The notes under the pieces were generated by a model. The model had not been told where the DNA came from, ran no database searches, and was given only the letters and a program-made list of their open reading frames with translations. Positions 1 to 12,138 of a DNA stretch of 45,220 bases are shown here, one piece after another (positions within the stretch are counted from its first letter, which is position 1; every line of letters starts with the position of its first letter). Source of the stretch: Octopus bimaculoides (taxonomy: Eukaryota); NCBI RefSeq assembly GCF_001194135.2, contig NC_068990.1:57552745-57597964 (forward strand), given 5' to 3'. Both the position numbers and the translations under genes were made by a program.

Positions 1-822
1 ATATATATATATATATATATATATATAGTAATAATATTAGGGAATAAAAAATTTATTCCAACCTTACAGGCAAAAATTAGTATAATATTATACCGGGTTT
101 CCTAATATATAATATATATGTATATAACTAATTTAGAGACGAACCACCACTCTACAACTCAGAACCCGTCCAAATCCATGCTGTGAGGCATATACCATCT
201 TAATATATCTAATATTTTAATCTAAAAGTTTAAATTAAATAACATATTACATAAATAAATCATAGAAATATTAATTAAAAAAAATTTAAAGTCAAATTTA
301 TAAATTGGACAGTAAAAATTAATACGATAATATACAGTATGCAAGTATAAATGTAAAAAGTTAGTGCTAGTACATAGACTACGTGGTTTCATGGCTGAAA
401 TAGGACTATATAAAACCATAAGCAAATTCTATCCGAGTTCATTAGAACGGGGAAATGATTTTACTCCCAAAATCAGTCACTCTTCAGGTCAACTCCCTAA
501 CAAAATACCCCAAATCATTCAAAGAATAAACCTAAACATGAGAAAAAATATATATATAAAGAGACACAATCTGTAAACTAATCTCTACATTAACGGTATT
601 AATATAATTATTTAGAGTTATAATCTAAAAATATTATAGTATTATAGTAAACAAGGTTAAAACATTATGGAATAAGTAGATATTAGTAAAAAATGTGTTA
701 GTGTACACAGTTACTAAAAGATGGATGTCAATATTGTTTATAAAATTAAATAAAGGAAACATGACTTATCTGCCGGCTAGTAAACGTAAATTAAAACAAA
801 AATGGTTGTGCTATAGAATTTA

Positions 823-1270
823 TACTAAAAGGTCACGTGATAAATATGGCGTCTATTACCCAGAAGTACATGCGTATTATAATTACTAAAATTAAAAACG
901 AAAATATCGAAAACGAAAATCTACCAAAAATAAAACGTTTCTTGAGGATTAAAAATACTAAAATACTTAAACTTGCAAATTAACGCAGAGTAATAACTAT
1001 ACACATACGAAAATTCTATATTACGTAAATAATGCTATAAAAATTAATACTGAAAAGTCACGTGATAAACATGGCTTCCATTACCAGAGGTAAGTACGTG
1101 TTATAATTACTAAAATAATAACGAAAATATCGAAAAAGAAAATCTACCTAAAATAAAATTTTTATTGAAGATTAATAATACTAAAATACTTAAAACTCTC
1201 AGATTTACGCAGAATAATAACTATACCAAATACGAAAATTATATATTACTTAAATAATGTTATGAAACAT
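823..1270. repeat. Diverged tandem duplication, ~225-bp period
   Basis: TACTAAAAGGTCACGTGATAAATATGG at 823 recurs as TACTGAAAAGTCACGTGATAAACATGG at 1048, and the match stays colinear for ~220 bp. Confidence 0.85.
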
Positions 1271-1444
1271 TGTAAAAGACTGCTCATAGTATCGTTGAAT
1301 ACTTAAAGTAAAGGTAGTTATATGTTCCAATTTAGTATAATATTGTGATGATTAAAGTGTATTCTAAATCTAATTGATGTATTCTACGATACTGATCATA
1401 ACTATAAGTTGGTACCTAATACTAGGTTTAAATGAAAAAATTAG

Positions 1445-1925
1445 TTATCTAAACTTATTATATAAGTAATTCAATTTATGTCTGCATTTAATAATACGTT
1501 CATCGTGGGAGTTAATCAATTTTTTTATTAGTTAATAATATCTCTTTAAATTCGTTAGTACATAATAAGCAGAATTTATTCCCTATCCTATATGATTTAG
1601 CCTTGCAAACTATTTCCCATTTTAACTCGTATTCTATNNNNNNNNNNGTTAGTACATAATAAGCAGAATTTATTCCCTATCCTATATGATTTAGCCTTGC
1701 AAACTATTTCCCATTTTAACTCGTATTCTATTCTTTTCGATTTAAGTTCCCAAATGTATTTACTAAGGCCCGTAGAGTTCATTAAATTTCTGTTCTTAAA
1801 AGAATTCATATGTTGGGCCACCTGGGATTTAATTTTATTGGAAGTCGATCCGATGTAAGTAGTATTTATGTTATCATTATTACTACAGTTATTATCCTCC
1901 AAAATCACTATACATTTATATACTT
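1445..1925 (-). pseudogene. GIY-YIG endonuclease domain of a Penelope-like element
   Basis: Minus strand reads QVYKCIV...TYIGSTSNKIK...HMNSF...LSKYIWELK...LKWEIVCKAKSYRIGNKFCLLCTNEFKEILL, then after a frameshift INSHDERIIKCRH. This has VY..YIG plus the CxLC and N..E..CRH motifs typical of PLE endonucleases. An N gap interrupts it. Confidence 0.8.
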
Positions 1926-2097
1926 GAGGAGTATGATTTATTTATATGATTTATTTATGTAATATGTTATTTAATTTTAATTTTTAGATTAAAATATTAG
2001 ATATATTAAGATGGTGCATGCCTCACAGCATGGATTTGGACGGGTTCTGAGTTGTAGAGTGGTGGTTCGTCTCTAAATTAGTTATATATATATATAT

Positions 2098-2940
2098 ACT
2101 TTGATAAGTTTCAGCCAATGTTGGCCCAGGCCATGTCTAGCTTAATAGCACCATCTGGCAAATACATTCAAATCAGGAATTGGACAAAATGGCCTACTCA
2201 AGGAGAGAGTTATTGTTTATGGAGACATATCCAGGTGTAGAAGGTTTATCCAGGAATTTTTGAAGGAATTTGTTCAAAGACTTCTTGAATTTTATGGGGT
2301 TTGCTTCTGCTTTAATGTGCTTTAGTATAATGTTAAAGAGAGTGGGGCCAATTGCGGTGAAATAATTGTGCTGTATTGTTGTTATGTGATGTGAGTATGA
2401 TTTATGTTGTGGGCGGATTGCATAGGATCCAAGTCTTGGGTGTATCTTAAAGGCAATGCCAACATTATTTGGGCAATGCTGATGGAATATTTTCTCCTTC
2501 ATGCAGATGATGTAGCGCTCATGGCAGCGTTGGAGAGAATAAAGCCTGAGATTTTCTAGTTAACCCCAATAGTCAAGGCTTGTCATAACATCTATCTTTT
2601 TTATAATTGACCTTTGAGGTGCCTCAGTTTTCATGATACTTTGTTTCATGTGGGGAGACCCCAGTGGACAACAGTATTCAACGAATGATAATGGTGTGGA
2701 TATCTCTCAACTGGAAAGTTCTGAGAATCCAGGAACACATTGTGAGGGCCATGTCAACTTTGCTGTTTATATGAGTGACCCAGCTCATGTTGTTGTCCAC
2801 AATACTCCCAAGTCTCTGATGGTTTTGGATTCCATAAGAGTTTCACCTGAAGGAAGTATGGGAGTTTCAGTTAATCCAAAGTGGATTAACTCAAGGTTAA
2901 AATAATACCATTTATAATGATTTGGGACAGAATAGTCTCA
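2098..2940 (-). mobile_element. CR1-like LINE 3' fragment (ORF2 C-terminus and 3' UTR)
   Basis: Frameshifted translation gives ESKTIRDLGV, EYCCPLGSP, RLYSLQRCHERYII, GPTLFNII and FKKSLNKFLQKFLDKPSTPGY...NSLLE. It ends at a (TA)n tail. Confidence 0.85.
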
Positions 2941-2964
2941 AAGAGGAAAAAGAAAGACAAAATG

Positions 2965-3400
2965 TACATTTGGTGCAGTGTAGTCAACAGGGACAGTGCC
3001 TAAGATGGGAGGAATATGTGGTCAGTCGCAAAATCACATGGAAAGAACTTTGGGCATGGGAACAAGCATGAACATCCTTCCTGATCAAGTCCACCTTCAA
3101 AGTTTTGCCGTCACCGGTCAACTTAGTCCGGTGAAACATACAAACGGCTGATGAATGTAAACGAAGAGAGAAAGCAATTATGAGGCATGTCCTGTCAAAC
3201 TGCAGGCTGGCACTGGACAGATATACATGGCATCACAACCAAATGCTTAGTATTAGAAGCACAGCACTCAAGGAGAAGATCGAGGAGCAGGATAGAGGAG
3301 AGTACCCAAAAGTGGAAAAGCATGAAAGGCTATACTTCCAGAAGGAGGGAAAAGACATAAGACCAGGTATTGACCCATGGTCCAGAGAAACTGACTACAG
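2965..3400 (+). mobile_element. RLE-type non-LTR retrotransposon fragment (HERO/NeSL-like), zinc-knuckle region
   Basis: QQGQCLRWEEYVVSRKITWKELWAWEQA*TSFLIKSTFKVLPSPVNL...RHVLSNCRLALDRYTWHHNQML resembles the HILSxC..RYxWRHNQVL motif of RLE clades. Confidence 0.7.
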
Positions 3401-3442
3401 TGATTATTAGTGGGAGCAGCTTATATTGGAAGTCTGTCCATA

Positions 3443-3537
3443 GGTGGAATTTACCATGGTGGAATATACCATGGTGAAATTTACATGGTGGATTTTTTCC
3501 ATGGGAGAATTTACTGTGGTGGAATTTACCTAGAACC
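3443..3537. repeat. Six-unit 15-bp tandem repeat (GGTGGAATTTACCAT) ending in TAGAACC
   Basis: Units are directly readable at 3443, 3458, 3473, 3487, 3503 and 3518. Confidence 0.85.
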
Positions 3538-3559
3538 ATGTGTTTTGTTGTACATTATG

Positions 3560-4160
3560 TATGAGATCTGATCAAACAGGATCAAGGTTGTTGCTATGGT
3601 AACAGAGCTAAAGTATGCAGAGTGAAGCTACTTGGCACAAACTGACCTCAAATCTGTCACACATACACTAAGTTGTAATATTTTCACCCACTTCCTTGTT
3701 TATAACAATGCTTGGAAGTAAAGTGTGTAGAGTGTGGTCATCTCAAAAGGAAAATCATGTCTCAGCAGTACAGGATCTCCTTGATTGTTTGACACAATGC
3801 AGCTAAAACTCAATCTTATTTCAAGGAAGTTTTCAAGGAAGATGAAAAATTTTTGTAAAAAATCAAAACAGGTGACAAATCATGGGTCTATGGCTATGAC
3901 CCAGGAACCAGGATTCAGTTTTCACAGTGGGAGAACCGCAACTAGATTTCAAGACACCAAGGAAATCCAAAAGAATTCAAAAAAGGCACTATACCAAAAA
4001 AGAATTTCCAGGAATACTTCCATAAATGGAAACAATGTTGGATAGGGTATGTTGCTTCAGAAGGGGACAACTTCAAAGGTGATTATATGCCAAATTGATA
4101 TGTGTTCTAGTTTTCTTTACATAACACCACTTCTGATACGTTTTAACCAAACCTCACATA
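3560..4160 (+). mobile_element. Internally deleted mariner transposon
   Basis: TGDKSWVYGYDPGTRIQFSQW (first catalytic-Asp block) is joined to the C-terminal FQEYFHKWKQCWIGYVASEGDNFKGD. Degenerate TIRs TATGAGATCTGATCAAAC and GTTTTAACCAAACCTCACATA are present. Confidence 0.8.
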
Positions 4161-4521
4161 TATGAACACATACATACACATACTCATGCAAAAAATATAA
4201 ACATATTTTTGTAAAAGCAAAGGAAAGCTTCAAGATAGAGGTTCATTGAGTTAATTATAGTCTTCAATTTCTATGCTTATGCCTGAATTTTTAGCTTATT
4301 GTCTTAATTAGTGAATAAGAAAATCTTAGCATGATTTCAGTTCTAACCAAGATAGTTTACAAATCATTATTCCTGACAACTTGTTTCTAAAAAATCATGT
4401 GACTTAAATGTTAGTTAAGGTTATATATTATCTTGTAATTAGCAAAATAAAATTATGATTTGTAGGAGCAATGATGATAATCATGATAGAATGAAAGTTA
4501 TAATATTTCTCTTTTAATTAA

Positions 4522-4960
4522 GGTGCAGGAGTGGGTGTGTAATAAGTTTGCTTTCAAACCACATAGATCTGGGTTCAGACCCACTGTGTTGAACCTTGGG
4601 CACGTGTCTTCAATGATAGCCACAGGTCAATCAAAACCCTTTGAGTGGATTTGGTTGACAGAAACTAAAAGAAGCCTGTTGAATATGTGCGAGTGAGTGT
4701 GCGTATTAGTGTGTTTTTGAGTCTGTTTTTGTCTTCCACCACTGTTTGACAGCCAGTGTTTGTTTGTTTACATCTTAGTGTAACTTAGTGGTTTGGCAAA
4801 AGACACCACTAGGATAAATACTAGGCTTAAACAAAGAAGAATTGGGGTTGATTTATTTGACTAAAAGAAAAAATAATTCTTCATGGTAGTTCCCCAGCAT
4901 GGCTGCAGTCTAATGACTAAAACAATTAAAGGATAAAGATAAAAAACGAAAGATAAAAGA
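4522..4960 (+). mobile_element. tRNA-derived SINE family A, full-length and decayed
   Basis: Head GGTGCAGGAGTGGGTGTG with B-box-like GGGTTCAGACCC, central (GT)n, and 3' part GTAACTTAGTGGTTTGGCAAAAG...CAGCATGGCTGCAGTCTAATGACT. At least seven related copies are in the window. Confidence 0.8.
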
Positions 4961-7127
4961 TACATAAAATGTTAAAAATTAAAAATTTATTTCTATGAAG
5001 TTGTTTCAAAAAATTAATAATTTATAACATCATCTTCCAGCTTTGGGAGTTAGACATTTTAGACTTCAAATTTCAGACTAGAAAATATTGAATTACATTG
5101 AAAGGAATGAATTTCTCTGACTTTGGAGAAAGATGATCAGTTGGGGGCTTTATTTCATTATTATTGGCAATATTCTCAATGGAGAAATAATCATATTGAA
5201 ACTGTCAGGAAATGTCAGACAATTACGAAAGAAATCTAAAAGATTCTATCATTGGTTATTGAAGGAAGTCAGTTCATCTTTTACAGTTTGTTTATCATAA
5301 ATGTTTGTCGAGTGAAATTATCTATGCTTAGTGTTAGATAAAAGAAAGCTAGTCTTTTGTTTTGCTTAAGTTTTCCAACCCATTTATGAATAGTGACAGA
5401 TGTAATTGGATAATTCCTGCTCTATTTATCCTGCTTCTAGCTGTGAAGCTTCTCATTTTCAATTTCATGTCTGCATCACTAAAATAATGAAGAATTCTTA
5501 TAATTGTACCTGATATTGCAATCTACCAGTATTTAAGGAAAATCTATGATTTCATATATTTATTCTTGAGTGTTTATTTGATTGAAGAATTCAGCTCATT
5601 TGAATCATGTGGGTTTTCATCTGATTAATTCACTGGAGTAAACAGTAAACAGACACATATTTATTACAGTTGCTTCATAAAGATTGGATAAAGAACTCCT
5701 CTGTTAGGTTGTAAGCTGAAAGAATCAAGTATCAAACTTGATTTAGTCTATCAAAGCACACTTACTTTTATTGGTTTGGTCAGAAGATAAGGACTGTATC
5801 AATAGCTTTCAGAGGCTCTCTGAAGCTGCTGGTTTTAAGGTGACTAATGTTCCTCTAAGATATTTTGCAAGTCGACTTGAAAAAAGAAAGGACATGTTGA
5901 GAGAAGTAGTCTGACATACCCCTAAAAAGAGGAATTTTTATTATAAGTCTGCTCATTTACAGATGACCTGCGGCTAAGCCTTAACAATAACATTCTGAAA
6001 ATTAAAACTAACATGATGGAGGAATAATTTTATTGATTTAGTAAGATGTCAAAATAAGCCTTAAAGGGGAAAAAATTCTCTAAGGAATAGAAACTCCATT
6101 CTAATAAATGTAAATTACATATAAATCTCAGCATTTATAACCCTAGAACTTAAAATATCTTGAAGAAGGGCTGCAGTAGATTTAATCAACACAAGGGCTT
6201 TCACTAAAGTGGTCAAGTGACAGAGTCATTAGAACATTGATTAGAATGCCTTGCAATATATATCCTGGCTCACTGTACTTTAAGTTTAAATCCTAAAGAG
6301 ATCTTCAGCCATCAAACCATGGATTATAGCCTCAGGATCATTTAGTACCAGACTGCACAAAAAGAATATATTTTAAAATTTTATTTCTGTTTTATTGAAT
6401 ATTGCTGTCTGCAGGGTGTTTTGCATTATATATGTTGTAGATGTAATATATAAGTATTATATATGTAATAATTAAATTCTATGTTACGCCCTTTATTGTG
6501 TTTTCTTATGCATGTGATCCCCCAGTCTGTTGTAAAATTGTCTGGCATCAAACCAGTCAGTGGTGTAAAAAAGGTTGGAATATATTTCTCTTTCATCTAT
6601 CTGAATTTAAATAAAGTTCCAGTCAAGTACTGGGGCCAATTCCTCATTCTCTCTCTCTCTCCCTCCCTCCCTCTCTCTCTCTCTCCCTTAATACATTGCA
6701 CTATGAGAAGGTTCAAAGAGGATTGCTGCCTAGAAACTTTTCTTTCATAAAAGCAAAACTAATATGTTACTGGAACCATCTAAAGAAGGACTAATATGCA
6801 GATCAGCTCATAACAAATTAGAATGAAAGAAAAAGTACTTTCACCTGTACTTGCTTAACCAGCCTTGGAAAGATGAAAGCAAAGCAAACTACTGTGGGAA
6901 CTGAAATTAACCTACTTGTGCTATATGGAATTTCCCTAGTGCTCTACCAATTCTGCCATCTCAAAATAATAACAATTTCCAGTACAAGCACAACACCACA
7001 AATTTGTAGTGAGTTGGATGCTGTCAAATAAATCAACCCCACCACTTGTTCTTATTTTATTGAAATATACAAGAAGTAAAAACAAAGTCAATTATAGGTG
7101 GATTTGAATTCATTGCATAGATAGATA

Positions 7128-7870
7128 GGCAGAGACGTGGCTGTGTGGTAAGAAGCTTGTTTCCCAACCACATGGTTCTGGGTTCAGCGCTACTGCATGG
7201 CACCTTGGGCAAATGTCTTCTATTATAGCCTCAGTCTGACCAAAGCCTTGTGAGTGGATTTGACAGATGGAAACTGAAAGTAACTCATCATATATACATA
7301 TATTGCCTATTTCATGGATATATAAGGATGAACAATCGTCTATGTACTGTGTTGGGTACATCAGGGTATGTTGATTTTTGTTGATTTTTATGTGTCTTGA
7401 CCATACATGTACTGATGAATAAAAGATGCAGTTTACTGCATAGTTTGCTGCATTAATTATGAAACCATTGGTTTACCGTTAAGTTAAAAGTTTTTAGGAG
7501 GTTAGCTTTGAAAGTTGCATTCCCTCATGATCGGTAAAAATGTGCTTATTTTGGTAGTTTTGACTTATGGAGGCCCTCTAAGCGTGAGACATTAATGTAT
7601 AGTAATGCCCTTATATAAATTAAATTATATATATATATATATGCATGTGTGTCTTTGTTTGTCTCCCCATCATTGCTTGACCACAGGTATTAGTATGTTT
7701 GCATCCATGCAACTTAGCGATTTGGCAAAGAGCCAAATAGAATAAGTACTAGGCTTAAAAATAAGTACTGGGGCCGAATTGTTCAGCAAGAAATAAAAAA
7801 CTTCTAAGTAATACTCCAATATGGCCACAGTCAAATGACTGAAACAAGTAAAAGAATAAAAGAATTAAAG
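7128..7870 (+). mobile_element. SINE family A split by a ~330-bp insertion in its central (TA)n
   Basis: The 5' half (7128-7300) and 3' half (7640-7870) both align to the other family A copies. Confidence 0.75.
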
Positions 7871-7970
7871 AATAGATGGCTGTAAATGAATACTACATGA
7901 TATTTAGCTTTTCTGCCTCTTTACTAAATCTGCTCTCCATTAAATGGTTTCTAACATTGGGACAAGATTA

Positions 7971-8170
7971 AGGCGGTGAGCTGGCAGAATTGTTAGCATG
8001 CTAGGCAAAATGCTCAACAGCATTTCATCCATCTTCACGTTGTGAGTTCAAATTCTGCTGGGGTTAGCTTTCCCTTTCATCCCTTTTTAGGGTTGTTAAA
8101 ATAAGTACTAGTTGGGCCTGGGATTAATGTAAGCAACTTGTCCCCTCCCCCAGACATGCTGGTCTTGCAC
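7971..8170 (+). mobile_element. SINE family B
   Basis: GGCGGTGAGCTGGCAGAATTGTTAGC...GAGTTCAAATTC head shared with the copies at 14488, 15796 and 39481. Confidence 0.8.
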
Positions 8171-8199
8171 CAATTGGCACATGTGGAAATATCTAGCGA

Positions 8200-9300
8200 A
8201 ATGTTATGGTTGATTGAATTTTTAACCTTGAACAAATGAAAACCAAAGTCAACTCTGGCAAGATTTTAATTCAGGACATAAAGAGATAATTTTGTTTACT
8301 ACTCTAATACCTTGGACCTTATAATAATATTTCCAGCATAGACACAAGGATAGAGATTTGGTTAGTGGGGAGAATATGGTTGTAGCAACTGTTATACTTG
8401 ACTGGTACTTACTTCATTGCTCTACTCACACCCACTCTGAAAAGAATAAAAGCAATAGTTAACCTTGGCAGGAATTGAACTTAGAATGTAATAAAGACAA
8501 TTTCATTTATGACCTGCTGTGTCTTCCGTAGTAATAATAATTATTTCTAAAATAAGATAATTTGTGTGTTTTGGGGTGGGGAGACACTTTGTTAAGGTGA
8601 CCTATTTATGTAACTAGAAATTTATATTATTGTTTCCTGGAGAGATGAAAAGTAAAGATGACTTCAGTATTGTTTGAACACAGTATGTAAAGACATTTTT
8701 GACCATGATGCTAATATTTCTCACCTTAAAACATGTACCTTAAGCACAAAGCCAGAAATTTCAAAGGAGAGATAGTTGGTATAACACTTGCCAGTACTTG
8801 ACTAGTGCTTATTCAATTTATCCCACCAAAATACAAGGCAAAGTTGGCTTCAGTGGGATTTGAACTCAGAAAGTAAAAAGCCAGAAAATTAACATAAAAC
8901 ATTTTTCAAATGCTCCTATGAGACTGCTAATCCATAAGCACAAGATCAAAAATTTCAGCAAGAAGAGTTAGTCAATTTTATCAGCCCAGTACTTGATTGG
9001 TACTTTATTTTATCAATTCCAGAAAGAGAAAAGGCAAAGCTGACTTCAGCAAGAGTTCAATTCACAACAAAAAAGGGCCACAAGAAATATTGTAAGATAT
9101 TCTATCTGATGTTCTGTAAGTTTGTCAATCCCACATCCTTGCCTAGTTTGTCAATCCCACATCCTTGCCTAGTTTCAATAGTCCTTTCTATTACAGGCAC
9201 AAGGCCTGAAATTCTGTGGAAGGAGTCTAGTTGATTACATCTACCAAGCTCAGCAGAATTTGAACTCAGAACATAAAGAAGGACAAAATGCCACTAAGCA
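8200..9300 (-). repeat. Head-to-tail array of ~6 decayed family B SINE units, ~200-bp period
   Basis: Variants of AAAGTCAAC..GGAATTTGAACTCAGAA recur near 8247, 8455, 8650, 8838, 9035 and 9245. Confidence 0.7.
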
Positions 9301-9355
9301 TTTTGTTTGGCATGATATTAATTTTGCCAGCTTTCAGCCTTTTGCCTAATTCTCA

Positions 9356-9520
9356 TCATCATCATTTAACGTCTGTTGTCCATGCTGGGTTGGACAGTTT
9401 GACCAGGGCTGATAAGCTGAGGGGATGCACCAGACTCCAGTCTGATTTGGCATGGTTGCTACAGCTAGATGCCCTTCCTAACGCCAACCACTCTGAGAGT
9501 GTAATGGGTGCTTTTAAGTG
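9356..9520 (-). mobile_element. SINE family C with RTE-like (ATG)n tail
   Basis: Reverse complement of the copies at 16628 and 27838 (...CCAACCCATGC..GCATGGA..GGACGTTAAATGATGATG). Confidence 0.75.
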
Positions 9521-9629
9521 CTATTGGTATGGATGCCAGTTGTGTGATACCAGTGTCTGTCATGACTACAATTTCACTCAGCTTCATGGGTCTGCTACTC
9601 ATGCACAGCATAAATGAAAATCTTAAGCT

Positions 9630-9800
9630 TGAGGAAATATTGGTTTCAAATTTTGGGTCAGGAAGTAAGTTGATTACATCAACCCATGCTTGACTGGTAC
9701 TTGTCTTACCAACCCTGAAAGGAGGAAATACAAAGTCAACCTCAGCAAAATTTGAACTCTGAATGTAAAAAAGCATTTCACCCAACATGCAATGATTCCA
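9630..9800 (-). mobile_element. SINE family B, decayed
   Basis: GTTGATTACATCAACCC...AAAGTCAACCTCAGCAAAATTTGAACTC aligns to the copy at 33903-34110. Confidence 0.7.
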
Positions 9801-10839
9801 CCAGCTCCCCACCTTAGCTTGGCAAAATATTAAAGAATGAGCATCGATATTGTATCTTCAGAATGAGACTTTTTTTTTTGTCTTTCATAAAATACTAAAA
9901 GTTCTTGGAAAAACAGAATATTTATTGTTTGTTTTCATTTAATTTGTCTTCTTTTTTAAAAAACTTTCAAGTGTTAATATCTAAAACGACAATATTTGGT
10001 GAAATCCAGGCTCATTTACAAAGCTTGCACTGATCTAGAATTATTACCAATTTGTTAGATTCAGAATTAGTTTATTATACTCAAGGGTTTTGGGATATAT
10101 GAGAGAAAATTAAAAGAATTATTTAAGCATGTTTACATCATTTAAAACAACCATTTTACAGGAACTTATCTGTGATTTGTTAGTGTCTGCATCAGAAAAA
10201 GGCAATGTAGTGTATCATGAGTTTGAAATCAGAAACCCCATAAAAATTCGAAGTCATAAATTCTTAGTTATTTGCATGGGATAGATATCTCCCTAAAGAA
10301 ATGTAGCACTGCCTAAAATTACATATTTCTGAAGCAAAGAAAAAAGCAAAAAAAGGAAAGGGTATTTTTTTTACATCCACTCAGTGAAAGAAGTGGATAT
10401 ATTTACACTGAATTATAATCCTTTATTTCGTTTTTCTTTTTTGTATTTATTTATTTTATTTATTTTAACAAAGGCAATATCCAGTAGGAAAGTTCAGCAA
10501 TAATCTTGCTTTATGATTTGATAAATTGATGGAGTTATCCTTCATGATTAGATTTACTGAATCTAATATGGCATTGGGAATTTTTACAAATCACCAACAT
10601 GAATACACGAAAGGAAAATAAAACAATTTTTCACGAGATAATATTATGCTTTACAAAAATGCATTATGCGAAGAATGAAAATGTGGGGAAAAAAATCTAT
10701 AAACCCCACTTTCTCTGAAATACCAAGTATTTATTACCACCAGAAAAATCCCTACTCCTCCCACCATAATCTTTTTAATCATGTGAAAAATCATAACCAT
10801 TTCATTTGATAATGTTGAAAGAAAATGAATTTTGTTAGA

Positions 10840-11007
10840 TTAGGTCATGCCGTCATTATAACACATTATACAAAACTGTACTACAATTACTATTGACACA
10901 GCAAACCATGCTATTAAAACAAAATGGTTGTAAAATGTCTCTGAATGCCAGTCAACATCCCACTGAATGAAATTCTGAATGAGTGTGTAATGTAATAACA
11001 GACAAAC
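10840..11007 (-). CDS. Candidate terminal exon of an unidentified membrane protein
   Basis: Acceptor TGCCTTGTTTCAG|G is followed by 55 open codons (VCLLLHYTLIQNFIQWDVDWHSETFYNHFVLIAWFAVSIVIVVQFCIMCYNDGMT*) in non-repeat DNA, with AATAAA motifs downstream. No homology recognised, so this could be chance. Confidence 0.3.
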   Translation of the reverse strand, partial: VCLLLHYTLIQNFIQWDVDWHSETFYNHFVLIAWFAVSIVIVVQFCIMCYNDGMT

Positions 11008-11091
11008 CTGAAACAAGGCATTGACATGCTATGTTTGACTTATTGGTGATGATTCCAAAACATTTCAGCCTCTATGTATTATAGAAGAGAA

Positions 11092-11425
11092 GGTGCAGTG
11101 GCCCAGTGGTTAGGGCAGTGAATTTGTAGTTGTAGGATCATGATTTCAATTCCCAGACTGGGTTTTGTGAGTATATATTGAGTGAAAACACCTAAAGTTC
11201 CACGACACTCCGGCAGGGGGTGGTGGCAAACTCTACTGTACTCTTTCACCACAACTTTCTCTCACTCTTTCTTCCTGTTTCTGTTGTACCTGTATTTTAT
11301 GCTGAATCTCCCTGAGAACTACATTAAGGGTACACGTGTCTGTGTAATGTTCAGCCACTTGCACATTAATTTCACGAGCAGGCTGTTCTGTTAATTGGAT
11401 CAACTGGAACCCTTGCGCCATAACA
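11092..11425 (+). mobile_element. tRNA-derived SINE family D
   Basis: tRNA-like head GGCCCAGTGGTTAGGGC...TTCAATTCCC and core TTAAGGGTACACGTGTCTGTG..TTAATTTCACGAGC, shared with 28487, 29861 and 36320. Confidence 0.8.
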
Positions 11426-12138
11426 ATTATATAGGTATGTTTCAGCAAGGCTGAATGTGGCTATTCAACAATTTATATTAACTCCTAAAAGATATCATGT
11501 TGGCAGAGTCATTAGAGAGTTAGATAGATTGTCTTGCAATTTAAATTTGGCTCTCTGCATTTTGGGTTCAAATCACTCTGATGTCATTTTTGCCTTTTGT
11601 CATTTCTGGGATCAATAAACAAAATATCAGTCCAACACTGAGGTTGTGTTTTCTCTTTCTGCTTTTATTTTCTCTAGTAGAAATTGCTTCTAGTATGAGA
11701 CCTAGAGAAGGATGACTCTGCCAGGTTTAAAATAGCTAACACACGCAAAATGTTGAGTGGCCGAAAGCACTCCATTGATATCATTGGAGATTGAGGACCC
11801 AAGGCCAAGGCATAGTTTCTTCTCCAGCTCTGAAACATAGTTATTTCCAAACATAACTATTAATTCAGTATCCTTACTATATTTCGCCTTCCATTGACTG
11901 TGACTCTACTGTAGACTTTAACACTTATTTCAATTAAATAATAAAATCATTTCCTAATTACCATAAATCTTAATTTTTGGTAGGTATTAAGACATAGTAA
12001 TATATCTGAGCCCTCTATTTGATGCATCTCAACTGTCTAAATGGAACATAGATTTGATGTCTTATGACAGTTTACAAGAAATCTGTGCTTGATGCTGTAA
12101 ACTGATTATTTCAATCCATTATTTCTAGAAAAGTTGAT

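Larger units (their letters stand above)
28..2090 (-). mobile_element. Penelope-like retroelement remnant (GIY-YIG endonuclease end, no RT seen) with an inverted terminal segment
   Basis: GIY-YIG peptide at 1445-1925, a 143-bp inverted repeat (121-263 vs 1946-2088), an internal 225-bp tandem duplication and (TA)n at both ends. Confidence 0.7.

Noticed and set aside
1554-1731. Exact 84-bp direct repeat (1554-1637 and 1648-1731)
   Set aside because: It flanks a 10-N gap, which is the signature of an unmerged contig overlap rather than biology.
5080-5930. Coding-looking stretches (e.g. SEDKDCINSFQRLSEAAGFKVTNVP) and a minus-strand acceptor/donor pair at 5766-5875
   Set aside because: Every splice-bounded frame I tried contains stops, and no family was recognised.
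9119-9175. Perfect 26-bp tandem duplication
   Set aside because: Ordinary slippage duplication with no further structure.
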